Below are positions 38,101 through 49,332 of a stretch of DNA of 64,000 nucleotides, piece after piece. Where the stretch lies: the NCBI RefSeq assembly GCF_002105155.1, contig NW_019029013.1, positions 248,001 to 312,000 of the forward strand, in the 5' to 3' direction. The stretch is from Lobosporangium transversale. Its lineage: Eukaryota. Each line of letters starts with the position of its first letter. Position 1 is the first letter of the stretch. Both the position numbers and the translations under genes were made by a program. The notes beneath the pieces were generated by a model that saw only the letters and a program-made list of their open reading frames with translations, had not been told where the DNA came from and made no database searches.

Positions 38101-38677
38101 GGGATATGTGCCTGTGGGCCCAATACGGTAGAAGGAATCGCCTTGTGGATAATATGAACATTGCGAAGATGCTTTTCAAAAGGATAGAAATGAAGTACTA
38201 AAGGGCTGTAGAGTGATAAAACTAGAGATGTAGATCTGATTTGTCAGGACGGGTTTTATATTCATATCCATCCTCGCGAGAAAATATATTAAAATACTGT
38301 CTTTAAATGACTGAATTGATGAGGATAGACAACGACGGGCTAAGCGCAGAGCCCTTCGCCGAAAAATGAGATTACTAGCTTTTTTTCCTCCTTTTCGTCG
38401 TCCTGTTCAATTACAAGAATTATGTTAAGCAAACCGTTCATATTTGACAGTGTTACAAATGCAAATAATTAATAAATCGCAACTAAAGCGGCACCACAAT
38501 ATATACAGGACCACATGCGGAACGGATGTGGGTTTTTCTAGCTGCAAGGAGTTGAGAATAGTCTTGATACAAAAGAAAGACCGACCAAGTAACCCAAAAG
38601 CAGTTAGAACAATGAAGGAAAAGGTCGATGCACACCCCCGCTCGACCCTCTGACTTTTATGAACCTGATCGTATCAG

Positions 38678-38732
38678 TCAAATTCAAGAAAGGATAAGTT
38701 CAAATTCAAGAAAGGATAAGTTCAAATCCAAG
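38678..38732. repeat. 22-bp tandem repeat (about 2.5 copies)
   Basis: TCAAATTCAAGAAAGGATAAGT twice, plus a partial third copy. Confidence 0.85.
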
Positions 38733-39312
38733 GTCTGAGCTGGCTAGGGTTCGGAAAGAGGCAATCTAGTTTAATGGACGTGAAATCCGCGCAATTGCTC
38801 ACAGAGGAGGCAATAGTGCTACTTATGTGATATGGGATCTGGTACCAAGATATTTCTGACAAAAATCAGATGTAGCAAAAAAAAAAAAACTAGGAATGGC
38901 CCAGCGAGCCATATTCCCTTATATATGGACTTCTGTTAATAATAGAAAGGCAATGCTTGAAGATGGCCTAGTAAAATGAACGTGACAAGACTAATTACGC
39001 GCTTAAAAGCGCGTTTCTCTTTTTATGGATGCTTCAAAGTACAAGGAACATGTCTTTTTTTTTTTTGAAGATGTGAGATGTGATTACGATTATATTATAC
39101 AACTACATATTACTAGACTTTTGTGAATAAGTGGATGTGAATTACGTGTAAATCTGGTATAGGGATTATATATGAAGCAAAATTATGCATAAAGTAAAGG
39201 ATATTAGATAAATAAATAATAATAATAATAGTAATAGTAATAATAAAAAGCCCAAGAGTAGCGCGATAGATCATGTCGACTTGCTTTTTCTTTTTTTTTT
39301 TTTTTTTTTTTT

Positions 39313-40901
39313 TCAGTTGAGTGAAATGGCAGTTCTAGCAGCGGCGTTACGAGGCGAGGCATGATAGAGGAACTGTTTCTTGAAATATTGAACGGTCATG
39401 GACGATCCAAACAATCGTTTGATCACCAAGACATGCCCTGCGCCATACGCTGCACCAGATCCTCTCTTGTTTGTCTTCTTAATAATGTCGATCGAGAATA
39501 CCCCACATCTCAGGCCACATTGCTTAGTAGATGATTGAAACAAAGTCGACCCTCCGCCAGTCATAGCCGCCCCCAGCTGATAAATCAGCTTTTGCAACAA
39601 TAATCCACCATGACTATGACTCTGGCCAATGCCATCTCCACTAGCGCCTCCGGTAGCAATAGCACCATCTTCGCACCCACTACCGCTATTACCACTGCCA
39701 TTGCCACTATTAGAGAAATCATCTTTAGGAAAGCTGGTGCCGCAAAGGATCCGTGATGTAGAATGCAAGTAATAGGACACGTTACAGGCTCTCAAGATCG
39801 GCATCAAGAATTGAAGCAGACTTAAATCCACATCCTGTTGAAACAGCATATCACTACGAGCTCCATGCTGGGGAATAACCCGGATCCTGTTTTTCCGGAA
39901 TCGAGGTTGAGCCTTGTCCACCATCCACACACCTGCACCGAGTGTATCAGCCAAAAGTGAGCGGTTTCCAAACAGGGAGCCTCCAGTCTTGCCATGGTAA
40001 TAACAACTCTCTGTGAGAGATTGACGCTTTTTTTTTGTGGTTGCCTCTGTTCCTGCTGTTGTTGCTACGGTTGCTACGGTTGCTACGGTCATTGTTGTCG
40101 TTTTGGAGCCTTGGCGCACTAGCGTTGTTCCACTCCATCGACTGTTTTCGGACATAGTACGGCCTTCTGCTAAGGATGGCGGTTTTTGTTGGGATTGCTG
40201 TTGGTGCTGTGATTCAGATTGGTATTGCTTTGTTTTATGAGCAATGTCCTCATAGAGCCATTGGTCGTTGTCGAGGATCGACAGGCTACGTCGCTGTGAA
40301 CTCTCGGCCGCTAAAAGTGTGCGAAGGGTATTTTGCAAGCCAAGACTAAGGAATGATGGAGGCTGGAAACCTTCCTGAGTAATCTGCAATTTGACCTCGC
40401 GTTTCGTCGCACCTACAAAGGGATCTCGCCCAACTGTCATCCTATATAGTACGACGCCTAGACACCAAATGTCGATCTCGGGTCCTGTATAGCTGGATCC
40501 ACGAGCGATCTCAGGGGAGTAATATGGCAATGAACCTTTATATCCAGACAATCACGTATAAAGTAGAAAAAGATTTAGCATTCAAAGCAATCGACGTTAA
40601 AATCTACAGGGATCATCAAATCATCGGTTATTTATATAAATGTAAGCTTACCACAGATGGTGTTAAGTCGTGATCGGAAAGAGAAGGTGTTGCCTAAGCC
40701 AAAGTCAATCAACATGACTTTACCATTAACGGTGACGAGAATGTTGGCGGGTTTAATATCTCGATGGACTACAAAGCGCGAGTGGCAATGGGAGATTGCG
40801 CTTGCAAGTTCACGTATGATTCTACGCGCCTCGGCCTCACTGAGCTTTCCATTTTCCTGTCTCCTAAGATATTGCTCCAAGCTGCAGCCTAGAATGAGAG
40901 C

Positions 40902-40932
<31 letters not shown>

Positions 40933-42123
40933 GGAATGTCAGGTTAATGTTGAGAAGGGATACCAGTGATGTATATGTAACATTGATAAAGCATGCAAGT
41001 TGCTCTTTTTGTCTAGTATTACCTTCTACATATTCCATACAGACGTATATAGTGAATTGAGTCTCAATGACTTCGTGCAGCTTTACAATGTTAGAATGGT
41101 CGAGAGACTCCATGAGTTCAATCTCTCGTCGTAATCGCAGCAGGATATCGGGCTTGTGTGCTTGTTTGTCTATAACCTTGACCGCATACTATACGACCCA
41201 TTATCGCCAACAATGAGAATTACATTAATAAAGATAGAAAATATTACTGTATATATCATGCTATCTCATACATGGAGTTGCGGTACAGTATTGACGTCCA
41301 AAGAAAGAAGGATAGTTGTTAGAGGGAGGAGTTTTGGTGAAAGGCTCAATTAAGAACGAGAGGGAAGTTGTCTGGATCCAGGGGCTTTGAGGTAATGTGA
41401 TTTGCAAAAAAAAAAAAAGTGTGGGTCGATGACATGCTTACAGGTTCCAAGATCAACAAGGTTGGAGATGTGAATAGGGGGTATAAGCCTGTGTCCAGGG
41501 TCAGCATGTGCGTCTTGTTTTATTTCATCACGCAGTTGCTGTTCAACCCCTTGCATCGGAGCCGGTAACTCTTTTTTTTTTTTTTTTTTTTTTTTTCAAT
41601 TGTAGGAATGCATGCCAGTGCTAAAATAGGCTCTCCAATGTCCGATCTTTTCGTCATTAAAAAAAAAGGCTGGCTTTTTTTTTTTTTTTTTTTTTTTGAG
41701 AGCGCACCAACTGGCAACTCTATGCATGCTATCTTCCGTGTAGCAAGTACAAATACAGATGCATGAAGGTAATGGCAATAAATAGAGATGCAGAGTGTTG
41801 TGTATAGATATAGATGGTTGATTTCTTACCAGCTTTTCCGTATAAAAATGCCGAGCAAGATGGACGATACAGAACCGTCCTTGTCCTAATCGCTTTAGGA
41901 ATGTATAGTGGGCTACATGGGGTAGTCGGTAAATTATAGTGTAAAAAAAGAAAAAAAAAAAAAGGCAATGGTAAGTTTGAGGGTTGTTTCCGCCAAAAAA
42001 AAAAAAAAAAAAAAAAAAAGCTAGAGATAGAAAAGGAGAGAGAGAGAGAGAGACCAATAGAGGAGTTGATTGAGTTTCTTCCTTACCGATGCCAGGAAAT
42101 GAGGAATCGGGTGAAGGATTCAT
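39313..42123 (-). CDS. Ser/Thr protein kinase, CAMKL (MARK/Kin1/AMPK-like), 5 exons
   Basis: Spliced: LGQGRFCIVHLA, YAVKVIDK, REIELM..HSNIVKL, HRDIKPANIL, DFGLGN, TICGSLPYYSPE, YTGPEIDIWCLGVVLY. Confidence 0.9.
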
Positions 42124-42837
42124 GTTGTGAAAATAATGGATGGGAAAAGGGATTCCGGCAGTTGTGGAGTAATGGAGGGGATGGGTGGGTGAGTTGAGGT
42201 TCTATGTGGATGACGAGTGAATCCACACAGACAGACGCATACAAAAAGAAAGGATAGGGATGGAAGAACCAAAGAGGCCAGGAAGAGAAGGAAGGAAAAG
42301 GAAAGAAGGAATGAGAGAAGACAAGGGTCCTTGGCAAAAAAAAAAAAAAAAAAAAAAAAAGTAAGAGCTTTTTTCTTTTTCGGTTGAAGAATGACCAAAG
42401 GCGGGAAACGCGCACAAAGAATTGGGTGGAGACAATGAACACAAAAAGGAACCAACCAACTGCACAAAAGACAAAAAAAAAGTCGTGATTTAAACTAAAG
42501 ACAAAGCGCATGAGCTTAAACCTAATTTGTCTCTCTCAATAACCTTGTGTTTACAGATGCATACTTGTTGTTGTTTTTTTTTCAAATGTTTATGTGTGTG
42601 TGTGGACAGGTATTTTCCTCTTTCTTTTTTACTTTCTTTGTTGCTGCTCTTCTAGCCATGGTCTGTCCTGTTTTGTTGAACACGATTTCACAAGGAAAAA
42701 GTGTAAAGGAAAAAGAAATATCTGTACACATGGTATTCATGTACCCTTACACTCTTTTTTATCTTTATCTTCCTGCACGCCTACTGCTCTTCGTTTCTGT
42801 GACCAATGGTCTGGGTGAGAGAGAGAGCAAAAGCATG

Positions 42838-42868
<31 letters not shown>

Positions 42869-43195
42869 CATTAATATGTATCCATACTGGCTTCAACATA
42901 CTATGTAATGCACAGTGTCAAGTAAACCGTCTGTAACCGAAGACTTTACTCCAGATTGGAAATAAGTGAGGATAAATCAGAAAAGAAAAGCAATGATGGC
43001 CTAAGATTGGAACCAAACAAACGAGTGAACGAACAGAAAAGAGGCAATTTTATCTGTGCTATAGGTGCCATATATACTATCACTATACCTCTCCGCTATT
43101 CATTGCTATTCATCACTACTCATCTAGTAGACTGATCACTCCATGTTCATTTATGATTTAGAAACTTTTGTCTTTTATTTTATATAATTTCTAAT

Positions 43196-44892
43196 CTAAA
43201 GTCGAGCCATTGGTGTCCCAAACTGTGACTCCAAGAAGGCAGAGATTAAGTCAGCTAAATCCAAAGAGCATGTATAGACAAGAAAATTAGATAATCATCC
43301 GAACCACAGCGCGTCAATGCGATTAGTCTACTAGGAATCATCAGCTTACCAGTTTCTTGTGGTTTCTCCAGGTTCAACAAATGCCCAGTATCCTTGACAA
43401 TATCCATGGAACCAAACTTACACTGCGCCAACTTCATTTTAGCCAGCTCAGTTGGACTAAAAAAGAAGGCCCCAGAGGAAGTCATTGATTGAAAAGGTGT
43501 CAGTCTTTATCTTTGAATTGTGTCTGACAGTCTCAATCTGCGACATAAAATTCAGATCCTTACTTGACTTCAGAGTTCTCGCCAAAGATGAGATGAATAG
43601 GGATATTGAGCTCATTCAGTCGCTCAAAGGAATCATAGAGACCCGTTCCCACGCAAGCAAATGTAACAGCCTCTTGGAACTTGGGACACTTCAGTGTAAT
43701 GCCTTGGGAGCCATCTTTGTCGACAACGTCCAACATCCCATGTTCCTGTTGAGCAGCCATTATTAAAAAGAGAGATTTTTTTTTTTTAATGGCATGATTA
43801 TCATTAAATTAATTTATGCATTGAGTGCTAAAAAAAGGATTCTTACAACATAAATGTCCAATGCTTCCGGATGCCATGCTCGGAAGAATCGTCTCTCCAA
43901 AAACATGGCTTTGGCTTCCATCCTTTGAAATGAGGCAAATAAACAAAAAAAAAAAATTAGATTTTGCATTATCAGGAAATTAGATAGCATCAATTATTGT
44001 TTTTGTTTGTTACCTGCTCTTCCAAAAATCGCGACGCTTGAGCGTGAGCTGAGCCATGGGATGATCATCGAGTGGAGCGTTTATATAAATCATTTTGGGG
44101 AACATCGTTGGATCGATGGCTATAATCGCAGAGAAAGTGCCCGGTCTTTCCAATTCAGCCAAAACGCTTTAAAGAGACATGTGGGAAATGTTCGTTTCGT
44201 TAGAAGTCTTGTGAGTGACAAAATATATTTTAATGTGTAGCAGTATAAGACAATAGATAATTAATAGTCCTTACAATGAACTTGCGCCAAAACTAAAAGT
44301 GGGGAAAAAAAAAAAAAAAAAAAAAAAGAGGATCGGTTACAAGAGTGCGTCAGGTAAAGCAGTTAGGGCTGCTGACATGTTAAATATTATTAAAATACAT
44401 CATTCATCTGTTACCTGTGTCCAATTCCAATAGGCTTCTTGAGTTTAAAGGTGTCAACAATCTTCAGTATATCGTGCGCATATGAATACCAATCAACTGT
44501 CGTTGAAAAGAAGAGTAAACAAGTCATTCCATGAACGATCATGACTATCAACAATCGATTATTAGTTGTTACTCACAAGTATCTTCTAATACATCCTTGT
44601 TTAGAATTGCACTGTCGCCTTGATTACGACAATCGAATGCATACAAATCGCCGGGTACCCAGCGAGGATTTAGGCGTGAGATAAGCGGTTCCCACGTCTC
44701 TTTATGAAATCCATTTGCATGAGCAAACACGATTGGGGGTATATCTCTTTTGTTGCTTGCTTCAGCCACACTATTATTTAAGAGAGGTTTGTAGACGTTG
44801 CTGGCAAGAGAGAATGAAGGAGTTGATGCCTGCACAACATGGCGGACAATATTGAAGCGTGAGCGGAAAGCGATGTTAGTTGTCAACTCCAT
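43196..44892 (-). CDS. Alpha/beta hydrolase (Abhydrolase_6 / Lpx1-like) with C-terminal PTS1 (-ARL)
   Basis: HANGFHKETWEP, DCRNQGDSA, GIGHSFGA (nucleophile elbow assembled across an 18-nt exon at 44275-44292) and TGHLLNLEKP. The last exon ends ...GTPMARL*. Confidence 0.88.
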
Positions 44893-45363
44893 GTCTACAG
44901 ATGCACCAAAAGAAAAAAAAAAAAAAAAGGATGATGAATGGAATGGGCGAACCTGTTTTTATTATTTCAAGGCAACGATGGTGAGTAACAGCCCCAGTTT
45001 GTGCCTTCTGACAGTGATCCAAACTGGTGCTATCGTCAATTACAGGTATTTTGCAAGATAAAAGACTTGCAATTGAGTCAGTTTAACCAAGAATGGCGAC
45101 CAGCTTGGATCACCCCCCTCTGTCAATCTGTCAAATTACGGCTAATCAATTGGTAACAAATAAAATCAACCTCCGACCCGATAATCATGTCACGTTCCCC
45201 CTAAAGCTCTAATCTCATTCGCTTGTGGGTGGAAGTGGGCGACACATTCCTTCGTTGACAGAAAACTGCCAGTCGACAAATACATGTATAACTTTATCTT
45301 GATTTTGAAAATAAAATGGTCGCAATTTGGCTAATTTTTTACTTGTGTTTTGTACGCAAAATA

Positions 45364-45870
45364 TTATTTGGTGTGATATTCCTCAAAGCAACTCTGCTTT
45401 GCTTTCAGGCAAAGAGGAAGCCATTCTGACCGTGAGGTGGACTTCTTGCCTTCCTTAAGACCCTTAATCCTGCAGTTTCCACATGCCATCCTACTCTTAA
45501 CATCTATTCTTTCACTTTCTTTGGTTTTTATCGGGAAATGAAACCCTAGTAGATGTCGACGAGGGCTTGGAAGGGAGTGTTTAGTAATATATGGGCCTTT
45601 TGATATCTTGAAAGTAGGCTCCAGAGACTCATTAGTTTCTACGTTTCTCTTTGAGTTCCTTTGCTCGATGACAACTTGAGACTTAGATAGCGATAAAAGT
45701 CGGTTTACAAGATTTAAGCGAAATTAGCGATGTCCATCTTTTTTTTTTTTTTTTTTTTTTTGATCCTTTCCTAGTACACCATAGTATGTATGAATTGACG
45801 ACACTTATATCTAATAGCCACAAGAAGAGCGGCATCCAAGAACGACTGGACCTCATCTGCACACTATAGT
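45364..45870 (-). pseudogene. piggyBac transposase C-terminal relic
   Basis: NYSVQMRSSRSWMPLFLWLLDISVVNSYILW, then H..FRLNLVNRL and a terminal Cys-rich tail LCLKAKQSCFEEYHTK*. Contains stops, frameshifts and an inserted poly(A) run. Confidence 0.8.
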
Positions 45871-47283
45871 TTTGGCGAAGTCACCCGAAGTGATATATTG
45901 TGAAAGCGAAGTCGAGTTTCCATCGTGATTGCGGGTGATACTAACATTCATTCTCTCATCAAACAATGTGAGTTCACCTTTCAAAGTATGAGGGGCAGAA
46001 ATCTTTGAAGTCATCAAGTTGGGATTGATAGTCTTCATCATTAACATTGTATTGCAGATCCATCGTGTACGAGATAGAAGTTGAAGGGAAATAGCATAAA
46101 AGCCTAGTATGGAAGCGTAGAAAAGTAGGACACCAAATGCTTCTGAAAGACATGAAGGCATAGTTTTAATTGAAATAAAAATAGATTAACCATTCACATT
46201 CTCGAATGAATGAAGCTCATAGTTTGGTCGTCATATTAGAATGTGCATGCCGAATGAATCATGATGATGAAATGCATTTCTTAGTGCACTCCCGTAGTAC
46301 CAGAGATCAAGTTCTTTTAATTTAGCTTAAGAATGGGGGGCAGCCAAAATATCAAGTTTGGTCCCAGCCTGAGAGAGAAGAGCAAGCCACATTTGCCTTT
46401 CAGCACGTGCATGCGCACATGAACTTCGTCCCATCGTTTTTGATTCAAAGACAGTATTTTAAAATATATATACTAGTCGACTGATCGTCCAACAGGACTT
46501 GTTTAACAGAGTTCCTGAATATCCCCTCAGCTAAAGCAATACACAGTAAGGTTACAAGCTGTCAATCTTATTGACGATGATCTTCATCATGTTTCTGTTA
46601 CGAGTATGGAAAGATAAAAAAAAAAGCAAAAATGAACGATGGAATATAAGAAGCTGAAAGTCCAAATGTGTCAGCAATGGATAATCATCCTTTGAAATGA
46701 AAGTAGCTTTTACTAATAAGCGGATATTTAAAACGATGAAAGTTAGGAATCTAACAGCCGTAGGCAGATGTAAATTGTAAAAAAAATATAATAAAAGCTT
46801 AAATGTATACTATAAGTATGAAGGTGGATCCTACTGCATAAAAAAAGGAAAAAAGAAAAAAAAAGACACTTGGACAAGTGAAATGATTCTTTTGTCCCCC
46901 AAGGCCTAGGCCTTGCAATGGACGCTATTGTTCCATGCTATGAAGTACAGACATGAGCTGTTCAATAGGAGACATAAATTGTCCACATGGTCAAGTATGC
47001 CTTGAAATGGACTAATCCGTCCAAAAAAAGAGTTAACCTTAAGAGGGCGCTCAATTATTTTTATTTCTGCATTAGAGTATTAGAGGAAAATTCAAAGTTC
47101 ATTCCACTTTTCATTACATATTCTCTCCTTCACAAATATCTTTTTTTTCCTTCTCTCCAGCTTCCTCTCTCTACTTCTCTCCCCATCTCTATATACGTAT
47201 CCCTTTCTATCCTCATCTACAACTCATTCTTACCGCATTGTTTCTATTCTTCTATCAGGCCTCTTGACCTCAGCACTTCAGCA

Positions 47284-48759
47284 ATGGTCGTCTCTTATTC
47301 TACTCCTGCATTCACTGACAGTTTACCACAGGCCCCCTTTCCTACCCCTCCTGCTCACACCCAATCCTCCATGAAATGCAACGGTAGCAGCATCCATCAC
47401 CATTCTCATGAATTCTGTCCTGATATTGATCCTGCCAGTATCCTCTTGGCCTCCCGCAATGATGTCCAACCAATATCACAGCCGCCAGTCGCATGTACCA
47501 ATGTCCATACGGTATCCATGCCCACTATATATCCCTCGCATTGCCTTCCTTCATCGACTCTTGCCTCTTCTCCACCACGATCGTCCATGGCCTCGTCCTC
47601 ACCCTTACCACCATCTCCTTCGTCTTCGTCAAGGAACTCAGGGCAGTCCCTGACCTCGTTGACACCGTCTTTATCTCCATCCTCCATCATTTCTTTACAG
47701 CGTGCAGCACGCCATGAAAAGAAACACAAAATATCGTCCACAAATGAGTCTTCTTCCCATTATCACCAACATCAATTGCATCAAAAAAAGCAACAAAAAA
47801 AGGGTCTTCAGCATTGTCATGGCCATCAAGACTATCAGGGCGACCAAGGTTATAGCTGTCGCCGTTCAACAACCTATAGAGACAGCAGTAATGGCAAAGA
47901 TAACGACAACCATCGTAGTAATGATGACAATGGCGACAAAAGGAGCCGACAGCCAAGGATAGTGAATCGCTCTGCCATCTTGACAGCTGCAGAAATACAA
48001 ACAGAAGGAAGAGCAGAGGGACAAAGAGGAAAATCATCTATAGTAACAACCAGTATGTGCCAGCAGCAGCATCATCAAGAGGAAACTCCCGTCAAAAGTC
48101 GGCTTCCTAACTGGGCCTTGTCTATTCGCAAGTCATTCCCTTGGTCAGCTCGTAATACTGATGAGCGCTCTGGCATTATTTCTTCACCTTCATCTTCCTC
48201 GACCTCTACCTCTGCCTATGTCTCTTCGGCAGGCAAGGCTTCTACTGTCACACATATGCTATCGTCATCCTCTGCACCTTCATCTCTTGCATCCATATCC
48301 TCTTCACCTGATATTACTCCATGTCTATCAACGCCGTCCGTTGGTATCTCTTATAATATCAATATCGATAACACTAATACCACTGCTATAACCTCTCCAC
48401 TGCAAGATATCCAAGGCCAAACGCAGCACCAAGACAAGAATCAGGAATCTGCTTCTCGAGCACTTTCATCTTTATGCTCTGAAAAGTTAGAAGCAAGAAC
48501 TGCAGCGACAACTGCAACTGCAACTGTGGAAGCGAGAGCCAAATCTACTAAAGAAGCCTACGCTGCTCACACCAGAACTGCAGCCATCTCTACTGCTACG
48601 ACCAAGAGATGTTTTTCAATCACTTTTCCCCATTCGTGTTCGTCGTTCTTAGGACAGCCTAGAATCCAGCCATTGAAAGAAAGCCGAAAGAGAAAGATCG
48701 GGTCTGGATTGATCACAGTCTTTTGCATCATAGCCGTTGTCATCCTCGTCTTATGCTAG
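47284..48759 (+). CDS. Ser-rich low-complexity protein with a C-terminal hydrophobic helix (possibly tail-anchored)
   Basis: Long ORF. Probable ATG is 47284 because the upstream in-frame part looks like pyrimidine-rich UTR. Ends RKRKIGSGLITVFCIIAVVILVLC*. Confidence 0.7.
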   Translation: MVVSYSTPAFTDSLPQAPFPTPPAHTQSSMKCNGSSIHHHSHEFCPDIDPASILLASRNDVQPISQPPVACTNVHTVSMPTIYPSHCLPSSTLASSPPRSSMASSSPLPPSPSSSSRNSGQSLTSLTPSLSPSSIISLQRAARHEKKHKISSTNESSSHYHQHQLHQKKQQKKGLQHCHGHQDYQGDQGYSCRRSTTYRDSSNGKDNDNHRSNDDNGDKRSRQPRIVNRSAILTAAEIQTEGRAEGQRGKSSIVTTSMCQQQHHQEETPVKSRLPNWALSIRKSFPWSARNTDERSGIISSPSSSSTSTSAYVSSAGKASTVTHMLSSSSAPSSLASISSSPDITPCLSTPSVGISYNINIDNTNTTAITSPLQDIQGQTQHQDKNQESASRALSSLCSEKLEARTAATTATATVEARAKSTKEAYAAHTRTAAISTATTKRCFSITFPHSCSSFLGQPRIQPLKESRKRKIGSGLITVFCIIAVVILVLC

Positions 48760-49068
48760 GGGACTTTGAGCACACTCTTGCATAGCCGAGTGAACAAGTA
48801 AGGGATTTTTTTTTTATTTTTTTATTTTATTATTATTATTATTTTTTTTTTTTTTGAAAAAGCTATCTGTGCTCAGACACATACCAGCAGATTCATAGTA
48901 TATAGTCTGCTTTGTAAATAAAGATCCGGTGGATGTCTATAAGCAATGATGGCGAGACTGTTGGTATTGATCCGAGAAGAAGATCCCTGCGATCCAGCTG
49001 GAATGACAAAGATTAACGACTCCTGCTAAGATGCTGTTGGTGAACAATAAAACATGGGCTGATAGAGT

Positions 49069-49100
<32 letters not shown>

Positions 49101-49332
49101 CATATCCCTACTTACTGCATCTTATAATAATAATATTAAAAATCTTTCTTTGAAAGAAGATCTAGATGATCTCATATATTCTCGTGCTTTTTATTTTTAT
49201 GGCTTTTGAAGGGGGCTCAATGTTACGTTTTTTAATTGTCTGTTCGTCTGTCTCCAGCAACTTTTTTTTTTATGTTAACGATCATCCCTAATTATGGATG
49301 TTCAAAGAGTCGCAGTGAAAAGAGAAGATGAT

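Noticed and set aside
46987..47283. N-terminal extension of the 590-aa ORF
   Set aside because: Pyrimidine-rich promoter/UTR-like composition; the ATG at 47284 is the more plausible start.
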